Assembly: GCA_009903795.1 (NCBI GenBank)
Contig: WYER01000031.1
Location: 40,080-104,079, forward strand
Reading direction: 5' to 3'
Source: Nitrososphaerota archaeon
GTDB taxonomy: Archaea; Thermoproteota; Nitrososphaeria; Conexivisphaerales; UBA164
DNA: 64,000 nucleotides
Both the position numbers and the translations under genes were made by a program. The notes under the pieces are model-generated. The model saw only the letters and a list, made by a program, of their open reading frames with translations. It ran no database searches and had not been told where the DNA came from. The first letter of the stretch is position 1. Every line of letters starts with the position of its first letter. This document shows, piece by piece, positions 52,593 to 62,808 of this stretch.

Positions 52593-53531
52593 TTATCTTT
52601 TACAGAAAAGGTAAGCGTTTTCAACCAAAAAGACCTTTTTCTTTTCTTTTCTTATCTTTTCATAAGCTTCGGTAAGGCTGTTGTACCCTTCTATTCCTAG
52701 CTTTCTTAAATAAGCAAAAGGAAGAGAAGTCACCATATGAACCTTGGCTTTACTTTGCAACTCTTTTAAAACCTTTAACGCCTGACTTTCACCGTTAATC
52801 CCTAGAATAGCAGACCTTAGCCCCTCATCACCCAACCCATTATTACATTTTGCAAGAAGCAAAACGTCTGAACCTTCTTCTAGGACGCCAAAAATGCCAT
52901 AAAAAGAAAGCAAAGACTCTTTTAGGTTAATATCGTAAGGGAAGCCTCCAGCAGAAGCTATGACAAAATCCTTTTGTCTGTGCTTTTGTACGTGGTTTGT
53001 AAAAAATTCTTTTAACCTTTCATAGACAGTTACGCCATCTCCCATGATAAAATTCCCTTTGTTACCAAAATAACAAAAAGCTTTTGCGCCGCTGGTTTCC
53101 AAAAGCCTTTTAGAAAACCAAACGGCTTCGTCCTCTTCGCATGCTCCTTGTTTCTCTTTTCTTTTGATAACCTCTTCCCTTGCTCCAAAAGCCTCAGCGA
53201 TAACGCTGTGAGGACCTTTAAACCAGTAAACAGGATCCAGCCTGACGGAACAGACTACAAGAGTTTCTTTAAGAGCTTCGGGATAACTGAAAAGATAACC
53301 ATCTACTATTTCCTCTTTTTTAAAGTTTGTTACCTCCAAAGGCTTAAGCTCTGGCATCCTTTCTTTTATTAAATTTTCAGAAAATTCAGACCCATCAGTA
53401 ATGTAATATTTAACTTCTGTTTTTTCAGAAATGCTTTCAGGAGGCTTGATAGAAACAACTTCATCAATATCCTCCCTTTTAAGCTTTAATGATACTTCTT
53501 GCTCCCCGTATGGTAACCATATTTCAGGCAT
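52593..53531 (-). CDS. LarA/DUF2088-like protein (tentative)
   Basis: IWLPYGEQEV N-terminus and ASAGGFPYDINL...LLLAKCNNGLGDEG pattern. Confidence 0.35.
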   Translation of the reverse strand: MPEIWLPYGEQEVSLKLKREDIDEVVSIKPPESISEKTEVKYYITDGSEFSENLIKERMPELKPLEVTNFKKEEIVDGYLFSYPEALKETLVVCSVRLDPVYWFKGPHSVIAEAFGAREEVIKRKEKQGACEEDEAVWFSKRLLETSGAKAFCYFGNKGNFIMGDGVTVYERLKEFFTNHVQKHRQKDFVIASAGGFPYDINLKESLLSFYGIFGVLEEGSDVLLLAKCNNGLGDEGLRSAILGINGESQALKVLKELQSKAKVHMVTSLPFAYLRKLGIEGYNSLTEAYEKIRKEKKKVFLVENAYLFCKR

Positions 53532-53578
53532 CTCAAATATATTTATGAATGCTGTTTATAGGCTATTCTAAAGTTTAC

Positions 53579-53873
53579 AAAACGAACGAAAGCCTCGCCT
53601 CTTCTAGAGGCGGGGTAAAATTTAAATTACTAAAACGTTGTAAAGCGTATTAAAGCGTGTCCCGTAAGGGAATACTTCAAGAAGGCTCTACATATTCTGG
53701 AGTCCAATGAGGATAGGGTAAGTGGCTGAAGGAACAGCCGGTGGTCTACCGCTGGATAAACGGAGCGGGGTAGGTAACCATTAGCTATGAAGTCATGAGA
53801 ATGATCGCGGTAAACCACAAACCTATGATCCGCCTTGAATGAACTATCGCCTTATAAGGCGGGAAGATGTCAG
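53579..53873 (+). mobile_element. tnpB-less mini-element (left-end hairpin fused to the last ~215 bp of the IS)
   Basis: 5' flank TTAC (53575-53578). Left end identical to copy 1 through the hairpin. From about 53690 it is collinear with the tnpB 3' end and right end, ending gggaagatgtcag. Confidence 0.8.
53655..53873 (+). ncRNA. predicted omega/reRNA scaffold carried by the mini-element
   Basis: Homologous to the 3' region of copies 1 and 2. The 5' boundary is a guess. Confidence 0.4.
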
Positions 53874-53916
53874 AGTAACGTTTAAATTCTTTAGGGCGCC
53901 AATTTAATTTTCTAAA

Positions 53917-55077
53917 ATGAACTTTTTAAAACCCGATTATAATGGAGGAAGCATTTCCAACATTTATGGAAGCATACTGAAAAACTTTGACTTGAACAGC
54001 GAGAGGAAACCTCTAAGGAAAAGCTTTGAAAAAAGCCAAAAATTTGTTCTCGTTATTTTCGACGCTTTTGGAGAAAAAACGCTTGAGAAAGGGATAGAAA
54101 AAGGTTTTATTGATAAACAATTGATTGAAAATTTTGAACATGAAACGATTACAAGCATATTTCCATCAACAACAGCATGCGCAATGCTCAGCTTTTATAC
54201 AGGATTGACGCCAGGGGAACACGGCGTAATGGGATTTACAACATACGTAAAAGAACTCGGCACTATAGTCAACATGTTAAACCTTTCTCACCCTTCTCAG
54301 GAAGTTCCGTTACCGCTTATATATCAGAACTTTACTAAATACATTTCAGAAAAAGCAGTTCCAATAGGGGACAGGCTTGCAGAAAAAGGAATAAAAGGAT
54401 ATTCTGTAATTCCAGCTAACATATATGACACGCCAACTAATCAATTCTATCACAGGGGCCTTGAAAGGATAAAGTACTACTATTCATGGGACGCTTTTCA
54501 AGCAATGAGAAAGATACTCCAGGAAAACGAAAGCGTTTTCCTGAACCTTTACATACCTACTGTTGATACTCTATCGCACCATTACGGTCCATTCTCTCCT
54601 GAAACTTTATCTTCAGCATCAGACCTTCTAAAAATGCTTTTAAAATCGTTAGAAGGCATCAAAGGTTTAACGCTTTTGCTTACCGCAGATCACGGGCAGA
54701 CAGATAATCTAGTAAGCCATGTAGTGGATGATTCCCTAATGGAGATGCTCGAAATGCCACCGTGGGGAGACTCAAGAGCTGCATTTATGAAGGTAAAGAA
54801 TGAAGAAAAAGTAAGGGAATATTTTGAAAAAAACCTGAAAGGTTTTGAACTATTTACGAGGGAAGAATACCTTAAGGAAGAATTACTCGGCGAGTACGTT
54901 GACCCAAGGTTTCAGGACAGACTTGGAGACATTTTGGCCGTACCAAAGGTTCCTGAATCGCTAATATATTCCTACAGAGGACCTGAAGGGGACAAAGATT
55001 ATATAGCTTTTAAAGGTCATCATGGAGGATTAACAGAAGAAGAACAGCTTGTACCACTGCTTATTTACAGAAGCTAA
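53917..55077 (+). CDS. alkaline-phosphatase-superfamily phosphodiesterase/nucleotide pyrophosphatase-like
   Basis: FPSTTACAM..GLTPGEHG, DTLSHHYGP, LTADHGQ. Confidence 0.55.
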   Translation: MNFLKPDYNGGSISNIYGSILKNFDLNSERKPLRKSFEKSQKFVLVIFDAFGEKTLEKGIEKGFIDKQLIENFEHETITSIFPSTTACAMLSFYTGLTPGEHGVMGFTTYVKELGTIVNMLNLSHPSQEVPLPLIYQNFTKYISEKAVPIGDRLAEKGIKGYSVIPANIYDTPTNQFYHRGLERIKYYYSWDAFQAMRKILQENESVFLNLYIPTVDTLSHHYGPFSPETLSSASDLLKMLLKSLEGIKGLTLLLTADHGQTDNLVSHVVDDSLMEMLEMPPWGDSRAAFMKVKNEEKVREYFEKNLKGFELFTREEYLKEELLGEYVDPRFQDRLGDILAVPKVPESLIYSYRGPEGDKDYIAFKGHHGGLTEEEQLVPLLIYRS

Positions 55078-55079
55078 AA

Positions 55080-55706
55080 CTAAAAGTTTATTCTTCTTGC
55101 GTACCTTCCCCTTTTTTCTATTTCTTCTACCTTGTTCAGAAATTTATCCTTTGTTATCTTACTGGTTGAAAAATAACCTTCAGAAAAAGCGTTGAGCGCC
55201 TGATCATAAACCTCGACATGCTGTACGTTTAGGATCTCTTTGAAAAGATGAAAGTCAACAGCATAATCTTCTATTCTTTCTGTATAGTATGAAAGTCCAA
55301 AATCTATCATTAACCACGTGTTGTTTTTTATGTCAAACAATATGTTAGAAGTGTTAGGGTCGCCATGGGCTATACCGTTGTTATGAAGCTTTGCCAAGTA
55401 CTGCCCAGCAACATAAGAAAGTTCAGGTTTGTTTTTTATTATGTCCTTCATTGCTTGCCCTTCGATAAACTGCATTACTATAGTGTAAGTCTTTAATCCG
55501 ACGTAAAAAACGTAAGGAGTTGGAATAAAGCTTCTTGCAGCCCTTAACATCTTTGCTTCCCTTATGGTCCTGCTTTTTCTAAGGAAAGCATCAAGGTCTT
55601 CGACCATATATGGTTTTTTAACTCTCACCTTGTAAACAGCGTCCAAAAACCCCCATTTTCCGAGATATATATCTGCTTCAGCTCCCCGACTTATCAGTTT
55701 CTCCAA
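55080..55706 (-). CDS. bud32: Bud32/PRPK-type KEOPS kinase
   Basis: RGAEADIYL...HGDPNTSNI...IDFGLS. Confidence 0.8.
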   Translation of the reverse strand: MEKLISRGAEADIYLGKWGFLDAVYKVRVKKPYMVEDLDAFLRKSRTIREAKMLRAARSFIPTPYVFYVGLKTYTIVMQFIEGQAMKDIIKNKPELSYVAGQYLAKLHNNGIAHGDPNTSNILFDIKNNTWLMIDFGLSYYTERIEDYAVDFHLFKEILNVQHVEVYDQALNAFSEGYFSTSKITKDKFLNKVEEIEKRGRYARRINF

Positions 55707-56689
55707 GGCACTTCTACCTCATCGATCCTCCATGACTGATCTATAGTTGCATTTTCGGGTTCAACGCTGTAGCCTAGCTTATGATAAAGCAAGCCGGGCC
55801 AAGCTATTTGAGCGCCGTTGTCACCTGCATACTCTGGAGGAACTATCAAAAGCCTGCTTTTGTGTCTTTCGGCTACGTTCTCAAAAACCTCCTTTAACCT
55901 TTTGTTAGCGGCTACACCACCCACAATCATTATTTCAGATTTTTTTGTTAGAGCCAGCGCTCTTTCTGCTGTTTCTGCGAGCATAGAAAAAGCGACTTCC
56001 TGCAAAGAATACGCAACGTCTTCAACGCTAACGCTTTTTAAAGCTTTTTTGGCTGCGCTCAAGATTCCTGAAAACGAAAGGTCGTTACCCTTTACGACAT
56101 ACGGAAGATGAACAAATTTTTTCCCCTTTAAGGCAAGCGCCTCTACCTGTGGCCCTGAGGGAGAGGCAAGGCCTATGCTTCTTCCGAACTGATCTATAAG
56201 TTGTCCTAAAGTTATGTCCAGAGTTTCTCCGAAAACTCTCCACTTTTTCCTTTGAGCTGAAAGTATCATCGTATGACCTCCAGAAAGCAATAACACAAGC
56301 GGGTCTTTTGCGCCTGTAAGAAGGGCCCCAAGCTCTATATGGCCTACGCCGTGATGCACAGGGATAAGAGGCTTATTATAGTAGGCGGAAATGAACCTTG
56401 CAAGGGTTGCTCCTACCCTCAAGCAAGGTCCAAGTCCAGGTCCAGCTGAATACGCTATAAAATCAAGGTCTTGGTAAGTTACTTTTGCCTGTTTGAGCGC
56501 GCCCTTAAGGATCTTGGGGGCAACGTCAGAGTGATGACGCGATGCTTCACGAGGATGAATCCCAGAACCCTGAGGAGGTTTGTAAACGTCTTTTAAGTTT
56601 GAAAGTATATTTCCTTCACTGTTGACTACGGAAGCTCCAAAAGTATGCGCAGTGCTTTCTATTCCTAGCCCTATCATTCCTCTAACCAC
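55694..56689 (-). CDS. kae1: Kae1 (tRNA t6A threonylcarbamoyltransferase)
   Basis: GIESTAHTFG...HH.GH...SGGHT...GDNGAQIAW. Confidence 0.85.
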   Translation of the reverse strand: MVRGMIGLGIESTAHTFGASVVNSEGNILSNLKDVYKPPQGSGIHPREASRHHSDVAPKILKGALKQAKVTYQDLDFIAYSAGPGLGPCLRVGATLARFISAYYNKPLIPVHHGVGHIELGALLTGAKDPLVLLLSGGHTMILSAQRKKWRVFGETLDITLGQLIDQFGRSIGLASPSGPQVEALALKGKKFVHLPYVVKGNDLSFSGILSAAKKALKSVSVEDVAYSLQEVAFSMLAETAERALALTKKSEIMIVGGVAANKRLKEVFENVAERHKSRLLIVPPEYAGDNGAQIAWPGLLYHKLGYSVEPENATIDQSWRIDEVEVPWRN

Positions 56690-57117
56690 TTTGTCGTCCC
56701 GTCTTCATAAATTTCCTTTTTCCATATAGTTGGTTCTTTCTTATACCTTTCTATAACATAAGGAAGAGCAGAAAGCCCCTGCGATCTATCTCTACTCCAT
56801 ATTATAGCAAGCACAAGCGGTTCTCCAGGCAAAAAATAACCAGTAAAGTGATAGATCCTACATTCATTAACCAAAAACTTATTTACTGTATCATAGCATA
56901 TTTCTTTTAGCTTTTTATTAGCAAGCTCTTCGTAAGCCTCTATGTAAAGCTGCTTGACTTTCTTCCCATCTTTGCTTAGATCTTTCACAGTTCCTACATA
57001 ATAAAGTATTATACCATCCTTCCCCGGATCTCTTTTTAAAGCTTCAGATAGAACATTGATTAAATCTAGCTTACCTTTTTCATAGATGCCACTTTCAGGG
57101 ATATTTGCCATAAACAA
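56674..57117 (-). CDS. moaE: molybdopterin synthase catalytic subunit-like
   Basis: YIEAYEELA...IYHFTGYFLPGEPLVLAI...PTIWKKE. Confidence 0.6.
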   Translation of the reverse strand: MFMANIPESGIYEKGKLDLINVLSEALKRDPGKDGIILYYVGTVKDLSKDGKKVKQLYIEAYEELANKKLKEICYDTVNKFLVNECRIYHFTGYFLPGEPLVLAIIWSRDRSQGLSALPYVIERYKKEPTIWKKEIYEDGTTKWLEE

Positions 57118-58231
57118 GATCCTCCATGATAGTTTTTACCCTTTCTGAAGTATTTATAGATCTGGCAAACTTAGAAAGTTTTTCTACTTTTTTCTTAAAT
57201 TGATCATCGTTCAAAAGAAGTGTTAAACTATATTGAAGATCGCCGGGTTTTGTTTTGTACTGATCCATATAAAGACCAATCCCTAGCTCTTGGACCCTGC
57301 GTGCGTTTTGTTCTTGTTCCCCATGGAGGGCTATGGGAAAAACCACCATAGGTTTTCCGTAAATTATGCCTTCTCCTATAGTGGTCAGACCCCCTCTAAC
57401 GATCAAGGCATCAGAGCACGTCATGTTTATCTCTCTGTTTTCATCCCAGCCGATTATGCTTAGCTTTCCGTCATCAAATCTATAGCCTTTTTTGCTTAAA
57501 TCTCCCATGCTTATAGTTACCTGATAATTTTCCGGAAGCAACCTTGCGGTTTTTATTAAAAGGTCTACAATAAGCTTCTTTGTAGGTGCTGGCCCACTTA
57601 TTGGGGCATATATCTTGTATTTTCCGTCATTTTTACACTCAACTTTTTTGTTTGGTATGTCTGCAAAGAACCCGGTGTAGACAACTTTTTTTTCTATTGT
57701 TTTAAGTTCCATGCTGAACTTAGATATGTTATATGGTGGTGGTAGATCTGGGGAAATTATTACATCTGCAAGATCCCACAGGACGCCAAGCGTTTCTCCA
57801 AATAGCCTTTCTAGGAAAATGTAAACGTTTTTTCTAAGAGGAAAGAGAATTTTTGCTTGATTTATTATAAGAACGCTCTTTTTTCTAGATAGCTTAGAAG
57901 CTATTAGCGGGGAAAGCCTTGAATCTGATATAACCAAAGAAGGGTTGATCCAGTTTATTCGTTTTTTTTCTTCTCTTATCTGTAACGCAAAAGTACTGAA
58001 AGGTTTGTAGAAACCCTTTAACGTTTTCTTAAAAGACATCCTTCCTTCCTCTGTCCAGACAACGTCAAGAGGAGTAGCCTCAAAAGACGTATAGCTTAAA
58101 GAGGCTATTTTTAACGCCTCTCCCCAGCTAGAGAAGTATTTATCGCCATTAAGGTGTCTAGCAAGCCAGAGGCTTCTTGCTATGTGCCCAAGCCCCGTCC
58201 CGTAAACTGAAAAGTACCATTTATAACTCAA
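57095..58231 (-). CDS. GT-B glycosyltransferase (MGT/UDP-glycosyltransferase-like)
   Basis: YGTGLGHIAR N-terminus, and C-terminal RGGLTTIGE...P..GEQ..NA. Confidence 0.5.
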   Translation of the reverse strand: MSYKWYFSVYGTGLGHIARSLWLARHLNGDKYFSSWGEALKIASLSYTSFEATPLDVVWTEEGRMSFKKTLKGFYKPFSTFALQIREEKKRINWINPSLVISDSRLSPLIASKLSRKKSVLIINQAKILFPLRKNVYIFLERLFGETLGVLWDLADVIISPDLPPPYNISKFSMELKTIEKKVVYTGFFADIPNKKVECKNDGKYKIYAPISGPAPTKKLIVDLLIKTARLLPENYQVTISMGDLSKKGYRFDDGKLSIIGWDENREINMTCSDALIVRGGLTTIGEGIIYGKPMVVFPIALHGEQEQNARRVQELGIGLYMDQYKTKPGDLQYSLTLLLNDDQFKKKVEKLSKFARSINTSERVKTIMEDLVYGKYP

Positions 58232-58829
58232 GGTTAACTTGTTCTACTTCTCCTTTTGGCTCCTTTTCTCCAAAAACGTAAGCCCTGAACCTGTAAAGCC
58301 TTATCCCTCCTCTTCTCCACAAGTTTCTATCAGCTCCAGCTTTTAGACAGCCGTAAGATAGGAACTCTTCAACGTCCCACCCTTCTTCAACAGGAACTTG
58401 AGGAAGAAGAAGGCCGCTTCCTAAAGCCCACTCTACTATTATCCCGTCCCTTCCAACTTTTATTTCCTTTAGGTAATCTTCAGGTCTTTTCACAACTACT
58501 TCTTCGGGCGTTGTAAGAATGCTTATTTCTATAAGCACGTTATCAGCTTCTTTTGGATCAAGAGGAGGAAACCTCGGATCAAAGTAAGCAGCGTCTACTG
58601 CGGATTCTATGACATTGTTTATCAGAGTTCCCGAAGGATAAGGCCTACCTATACATCCCAAGAGCTCTTTTTGTCTGTTCTTTATAGTTACAAAAGCCCC
58701 GGCTTTGACCATGTACTTTTCAGGAGGGTTAATCACTTGAAGATACTTTTTTGTTCTTCCATAGTATTTTATTGCTTCTCTTGCAACATCAATGAGGTAT
58801 TTACCATCCTCAACGGTCCATCCAGACAT
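58221..58829 (-). CDS. AMMECR1-domain protein
   Basis: Start moved to the internal Met (MSGWTVEDG). GAFVTIKN...LLGCIGRPYP. The extra 91 codons of the ORF track reach into the moeA start region. Confidence 0.65.
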   Translation of the reverse strand: MSGWTVEDGKYLIDVAREAIKYYGRTKKYLQVINPPEKYMVKAGAFVTIKNRQKELLGCIGRPYPSGTLINNVIESAVDAAYFDPRFPPLDPKEADNVLIEISILTTPEEVVVKRPEDYLKEIKVGRDGIIVEWALGSGLLLPQVPVEEGWDVEEFLSYGCLKAGADRNLWRRGGIRLYRFRAYVFGEKEPKGEVEQVNLEL

Positions 58830-58938
58830 ATGCCTTATTTTACAGCTCCAGATAATAACTTTTACCGGGGAAACATATTTTGCTAAATGTATTAAAAATA
58901 CGAAAAGCATTTCATACATATGTATACAAGAATAAATC

Positions 58939-60093
58939 GTGGGCAAAGAAGCGCTTACTCTTATTGAAGCTAAGAGGATTATAGGTTCAGAGCTTAAAGA
59001 AAGCCCTAAAATAAAACAAATGTCGCCTCTTAAAGGTATAAACCATATAATAGCTGAGGATGTACTCTGCACGAAGAATTTTCCGGTTCTGCCCAAGAGC
59101 ACGATGGATGGTTTTGTAGTTTCTTCAAAAAGAGAAAAGTACGTTATAAAGGGGGAAATACCATTAAAGGTTAGACCTCCCCATTATTTAAAAGCGGAAG
59201 ATACTTATCAAGTTTATACTGGATCTTTTTTACCTGTTAATTCTTTGTATGTTATAAAAAAAGAGATGGCTTCTATAAATCAAGGAATGTTGCTTCCGAT
59301 CAGCGAGGCAGCTTTTGAAAAAAACTTTATAGACGCTGGCGAAGACTGCAAAAGCGGAGAGGTAATAGTAAAAAAAGACGAAATCTTGAGCGTAAAAGCT
59401 GCAATATTTCTAAGCATGGCGGGCATAAAAAAAGTTAAAGTGTATGAAATGCCTAAGGTTGGCATCCTGCCTATAGGGTCAGAACTTGTCCACCGAAGAG
59501 GTCCCGATTTAACTGGTTTCCTAGTACAGGAATTTGTAAGATCAATGTTGGCTAAAGTTGATTTGATGAAACCTCTGCCAGATTCTGTGAATGAAATATC
59601 AACGTCCTTATTAAACTCTATAGGAAAATACGATGTTTTGATAACAATAGGAGGAACCGGCATAAGCGATAGGGATTTAACTACAGAAGCTGCGCTAAAT
59701 GCTAATGCAAAGTTAATTTTTAAAAATTTAAAGCTTCAACCTGGTAAAACTGCTGGGTTTTTTACCTTACATGAAACCCCTTTAATAACTTTACCAGGAA
59801 ACGCGCAAGCTGCTGTAGCTGCCCTTTTTGCGCTTTTGCCTATAACGCTTCAAAGTATGGGGTTCGCGCCATATCTAAGAAAAAGGAGAGCCGTTTTGAA
59901 CGATAATTTAGATTTAGACGACACTTGGACAAAAGTGCTATTTGTAAAGGCCTTAAACGTTAATGGTTGTGAAACTGCTGAGATTTTAAACGTAAAACCT
60001 CACACATTGAGGTTTATTTTAGAAGCAGACGCATTACTATTTGCTTCTGGAAAAATCCCCAAAGGTTCTTTAGTTGATATAACGTTGATTTAA
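58939..60093 (+). CDS. moeA: molybdopterin molybdenumtransferase-like
   Basis: KSTMDGFVV...ITIGGTGISDRD...KPGK. Confidence 0.7.
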   Translation: MGKEALTLIEAKRIIGSELKESPKIKQMSPLKGINHIIAEDVLCTKNFPVLPKSTMDGFVVSSKREKYVIKGEIPLKVRPPHYLKAEDTYQVYTGSFLPVNSLYVIKKEMASINQGMLLPISEAAFEKNFIDAGEDCKSGEVIVKKDEILSVKAAIFLSMAGIKKVKVYEMPKVGILPIGSELVHRRGPDLTGFLVQEFVRSMLAKVDLMKPLPDSVNEISTSLLNSIGKYDVLITIGGTGISDRDLTTEAALNANAKLIFKNLKLQPGKTAGFFTLHETPLITLPGNAQAAVAALFALLPITLQSMGFAPYLRKRRAVLNDNLDLDDTWTKVLFVKALNVNGCETAEILNVKPHTLRFILEADALLFASGKIPKGSLVDITLI

Positions 60094-60139
60094 GCAAAAG
60101 CGTTATAATATGTGCATCTAATTAAATGAGGGGAAGTCT

Positions 60140-60451
60140 ATGGGAAAGCGAAAGGTGCTAAGCGAGGCTGAACTTAAAGATTTAGTCCTTCCAGAACAAG
60201 GAGAACTGCTTGGGGTAGTTGAGAAACTGCTAGGCAGCGATCACGCTATGATAAGGTGTACTGACGAAAAGGTTAGGCTTGGAAGGATTAGGGGGAAATT
60301 AAAGAGAAAAATATGGATAAGGGAAGGGGATGTAGTCCTCGTAGCACCTTGGCCTTTTGACGACACAAAATGCGATATTTTGTGGCGTTATACAGTGGCG
60401 CACGTCGACTGGCTAAAACAGAATAACTATTTGCCACAAGGTTTCATCTAA
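60140..60451 (+). CDS. eif1a: translation initiation factor aIF-1A
   Basis: RLGRIRGKLKRKIWIREGDVVLVAPW. Confidence 0.85.
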   Translation: MGKRKVLSEAELKDLVLPEQGELLGVVEKLLGSDHAMIRCTDEKVRLGRIRGKLKRKIWIREGDVVLVAPWPFDDTKCDILWRYTVAHVDWLKQNNYLPQGFI

Positions 60452-60529
60452 TTTTAAAAACTTATCAAAATGCTTTTTTGAATAATTTACTATCTTAACC
60501 AATAGGCTTTAATTGATCATGTCATCAGC

Positions 60530-61150
60530 ATTGCGTTCTTAGCATAATTGATCATTGCATCATATGCCCAAACTTTTTGCATAGCTTCCGCTAGCAAACC
60601 AATTACGCTTCTTGCACTAAGGTCTTCTCTGAACTTTCTCTTTATAGATGAGAATATCCCTTCTATAGCCCACCTAAGGCCATACTTAACTTTCTTTGCC
60701 CATGTCTTGTACCCGAGCTTTATGTACTCCCTAACCTCTTGTTTTCTCCTCCTTCTTCTACAACGATAAGTTGTAGCGTTCTTATCTTTATAGCTTATTC
60801 TACATTAACAATTATGTTAAAAATTTCGTTTGTGGGATATGTACATATCCATAAAACTTCCGTCAGAGCCTGCTTCAAGATCGTACGTTTGTAGCTTTAT
60901 TTAAGGTATCATATCTTGCACTCAAATATGATTGTGTAATCATCATGGTAAGGTATCAAGCATCTTTCAAGTCCCCTTTAACCAACACTGATGCCATAAA
61001 GCCTGAATTTTAATGAATGATTCAGGGAATTCATAAGGCCTACCTTTCTTGCCCTCATTCATCTTATCCAATTCTTCATACCAGTTTTCAAACATATCTA
61101 TCGGCAGCAAAAACTCTTACCAGCTCTTCATTGTAACTTTTCCAGTTCTT
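60530..61150 (-). pseudogene. DDE transposase remnant with stops and frameshifts
   Basis: Minus-strand reads YKTWAKKVKYGLRWAIEGIFSSIKRKF and NWKSYNEELV...GQERSA fragments. Confidence 0.5.
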
Positions 61151-61392
61151 TTTGTCGATAAACTTATTACCCATCATTTTATTATTGCGACTATCTTTTG
61201 GGTTCATAAGCAAGGAATTGACAGCCACGCTATTAATAATTATTCAACACAGCATTATCAAACAATAAATTTAAATCTGGATTAATATATATAATTTTTG
61301 TAAAAATAATTATTTTTTTATAGATTACTTATATTTTATTTTATAAATAGATTAAATTTAAATTTAATATAATTAAATACAAAAAAAAATAA

Positions 61393-62793
61393 ATGAGCAT
61401 AAATACGTTGAACCATTTCGATTCACTAAAACTTTCTTTAAAACACATTAAAGTTTCTCTTATAGCAGGTATGGGATTCTTCACAGATGCCTATGATCTT
61501 TTCAGCATAACAATAGTGCTTTACATTCTTAGCGTTTATCCTGAACATTCGTTTCCTCTTAACTTAAAAATTCTATCTCTTCCCCTCTCTGCATATCTTG
61601 CAACTTCAGCCATATTATTTGCAATAGTTGGTCAGCTGCTTTTCGGGATAATATCTGACAAACTAGGTAGGAAAAAAGTTTACGGGCTTGAGGCCGCATT
61701 GCTAGCGCTGGGTGCTATACTTTCAGCTTTTTCTCCAAATATATACTGGTTAATAGCTAGCAGAGCCTTGCTTGGAGTTGGTATAGGAGGCGACTATCCA
61801 GTGTCATCGGTCATAGCATCAGAATACGGAAATGCTAAGGACAGAGGAAAAATGGTTGCTCTAGTATTTTCAAACCAAGGGTTAGGAATCATAGCGGCGG
61901 TGCTTGTTGGAATACTTTCAGCACTTTTTATACCTCCTTCAATAGCATGGAGAACAGTTCTAGGAGTAGCCGCAATACCTGCTCTGGCAGTAATATACTT
62001 TAGAAGAAAGATGCCAGAGACTCCTAGATATTCATACCATGTAAAAAAAGATCTTAACGAACTTAAAAAAGCAGCTGAGTACTTTGGAATACAATCAAAC
62101 TATGAGATATCCCAGAAAGGCATCGATATGGCTCAGAAAAAAACGTCCAGTTTTTCAAGATTCATAAAAAATTACTGGAAACCCCTTTTGATAACAACAT
62201 CTACTTGGTTCATCATGGACATAGCTCTTTATGGAACTGGCGTTTATTCTTCATTTATAACGAGCACTATTGTGCCTAAGCTTATGGAAGGAACTCTTAG
62301 CAAAGCTATATTAATTAGCGGTCTGCCTTACATAGTCGGATTGCCAGGTTATTTTTCGGCTGTTGCGCTTATAGATAGAGTAGGCAGAAAGGCGCTTCAG
62401 ATCGCAGGATTCGTTTTTATGGCAGTTATATACTTTTTAACGAGCTTTACGCTTCAGAAACTTTCAGATCCCCTAATAGCGTTCTCTCTTTTTGCAATGA
62501 GTTTCTACGCAATAAACTTGGGGCCTAACACAACAACTTTTATAATACCTTCGGAAATCTATCCTACAAACAAAAGGTCAACCGGGCACGGAATTTCAGC
62601 AGCAGCTGGCAAGCTTGGAGCCGCAATTTCTACGCTTTATATGCCGGTATGGAGAATAACTTACGGGCTTCCTCTGATATTTCTAGGCCTTGGGTTGTTG
62701 AGCCTTGCAGGTGTAGTTATTACCACTTACCTTCAAGAACCAAAAGGAGTACCTCTTGAAATAATTTCTAACGAAATGCAAGTATTAGCTTAA
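61393..62793 (+). CDS. MFS inorganic phosphate:H+ symporter (PHS/Pho84-like)
   Basis: GFFTDAYDLFSI...GDYPVSSVIASEY. Confidence 0.75.
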   Translation: MSINTLNHFDSLKLSLKHIKVSLIAGMGFFTDAYDLFSITIVLYILSVYPEHSFPLNLKILSLPLSAYLATSAILFAIVGQLLFGIISDKLGRKKVYGLEAALLALGAILSAFSPNIYWLIASRALLGVGIGGDYPVSSVIASEYGNAKDRGKMVALVFSNQGLGIIAAVLVGILSALFIPPSIAWRTVLGVAAIPALAVIYFRRKMPETPRYSYHVKKDLNELKKAAEYFGIQSNYEISQKGIDMAQKKTSSFSRFIKNYWKPLLITTSTWFIMDIALYGTGVYSSFITSTIVPKLMEGTLSKAILISGLPYIVGLPGYFSAVALIDRVGRKALQIAGFVFMAVIYFLTSFTLQKLSDPLIAFSLFAMSFYAINLGPNTTTFIIPSEIYPTNKRSTGHGISAAAGKLGAAISTLYMPVWRITYGLPLIFLGLGLLSLAGVVITTYLQEPKGVPLEIISNEMQVLA

Positions 62794-62808
62794 ACTGCCA
62801 AAAATTTT

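Noticed and set aside
53630-53818. 62 aa minus-strand ORF
   Set aside because: It lies wholly inside the mini-IS, antisense to the degenerate tnpB 3' region. The equivalent shadow ORF (43552-43743) appears at IS copy 2.
58830-59102. N-terminal 91 codons of the 293 aa ORF 58221-59102
   Set aside because: The AMMECR1 homology begins at the internal Met (58829). The extension is hydrophobic nonsense overlapping the moeA start region on the other strand.
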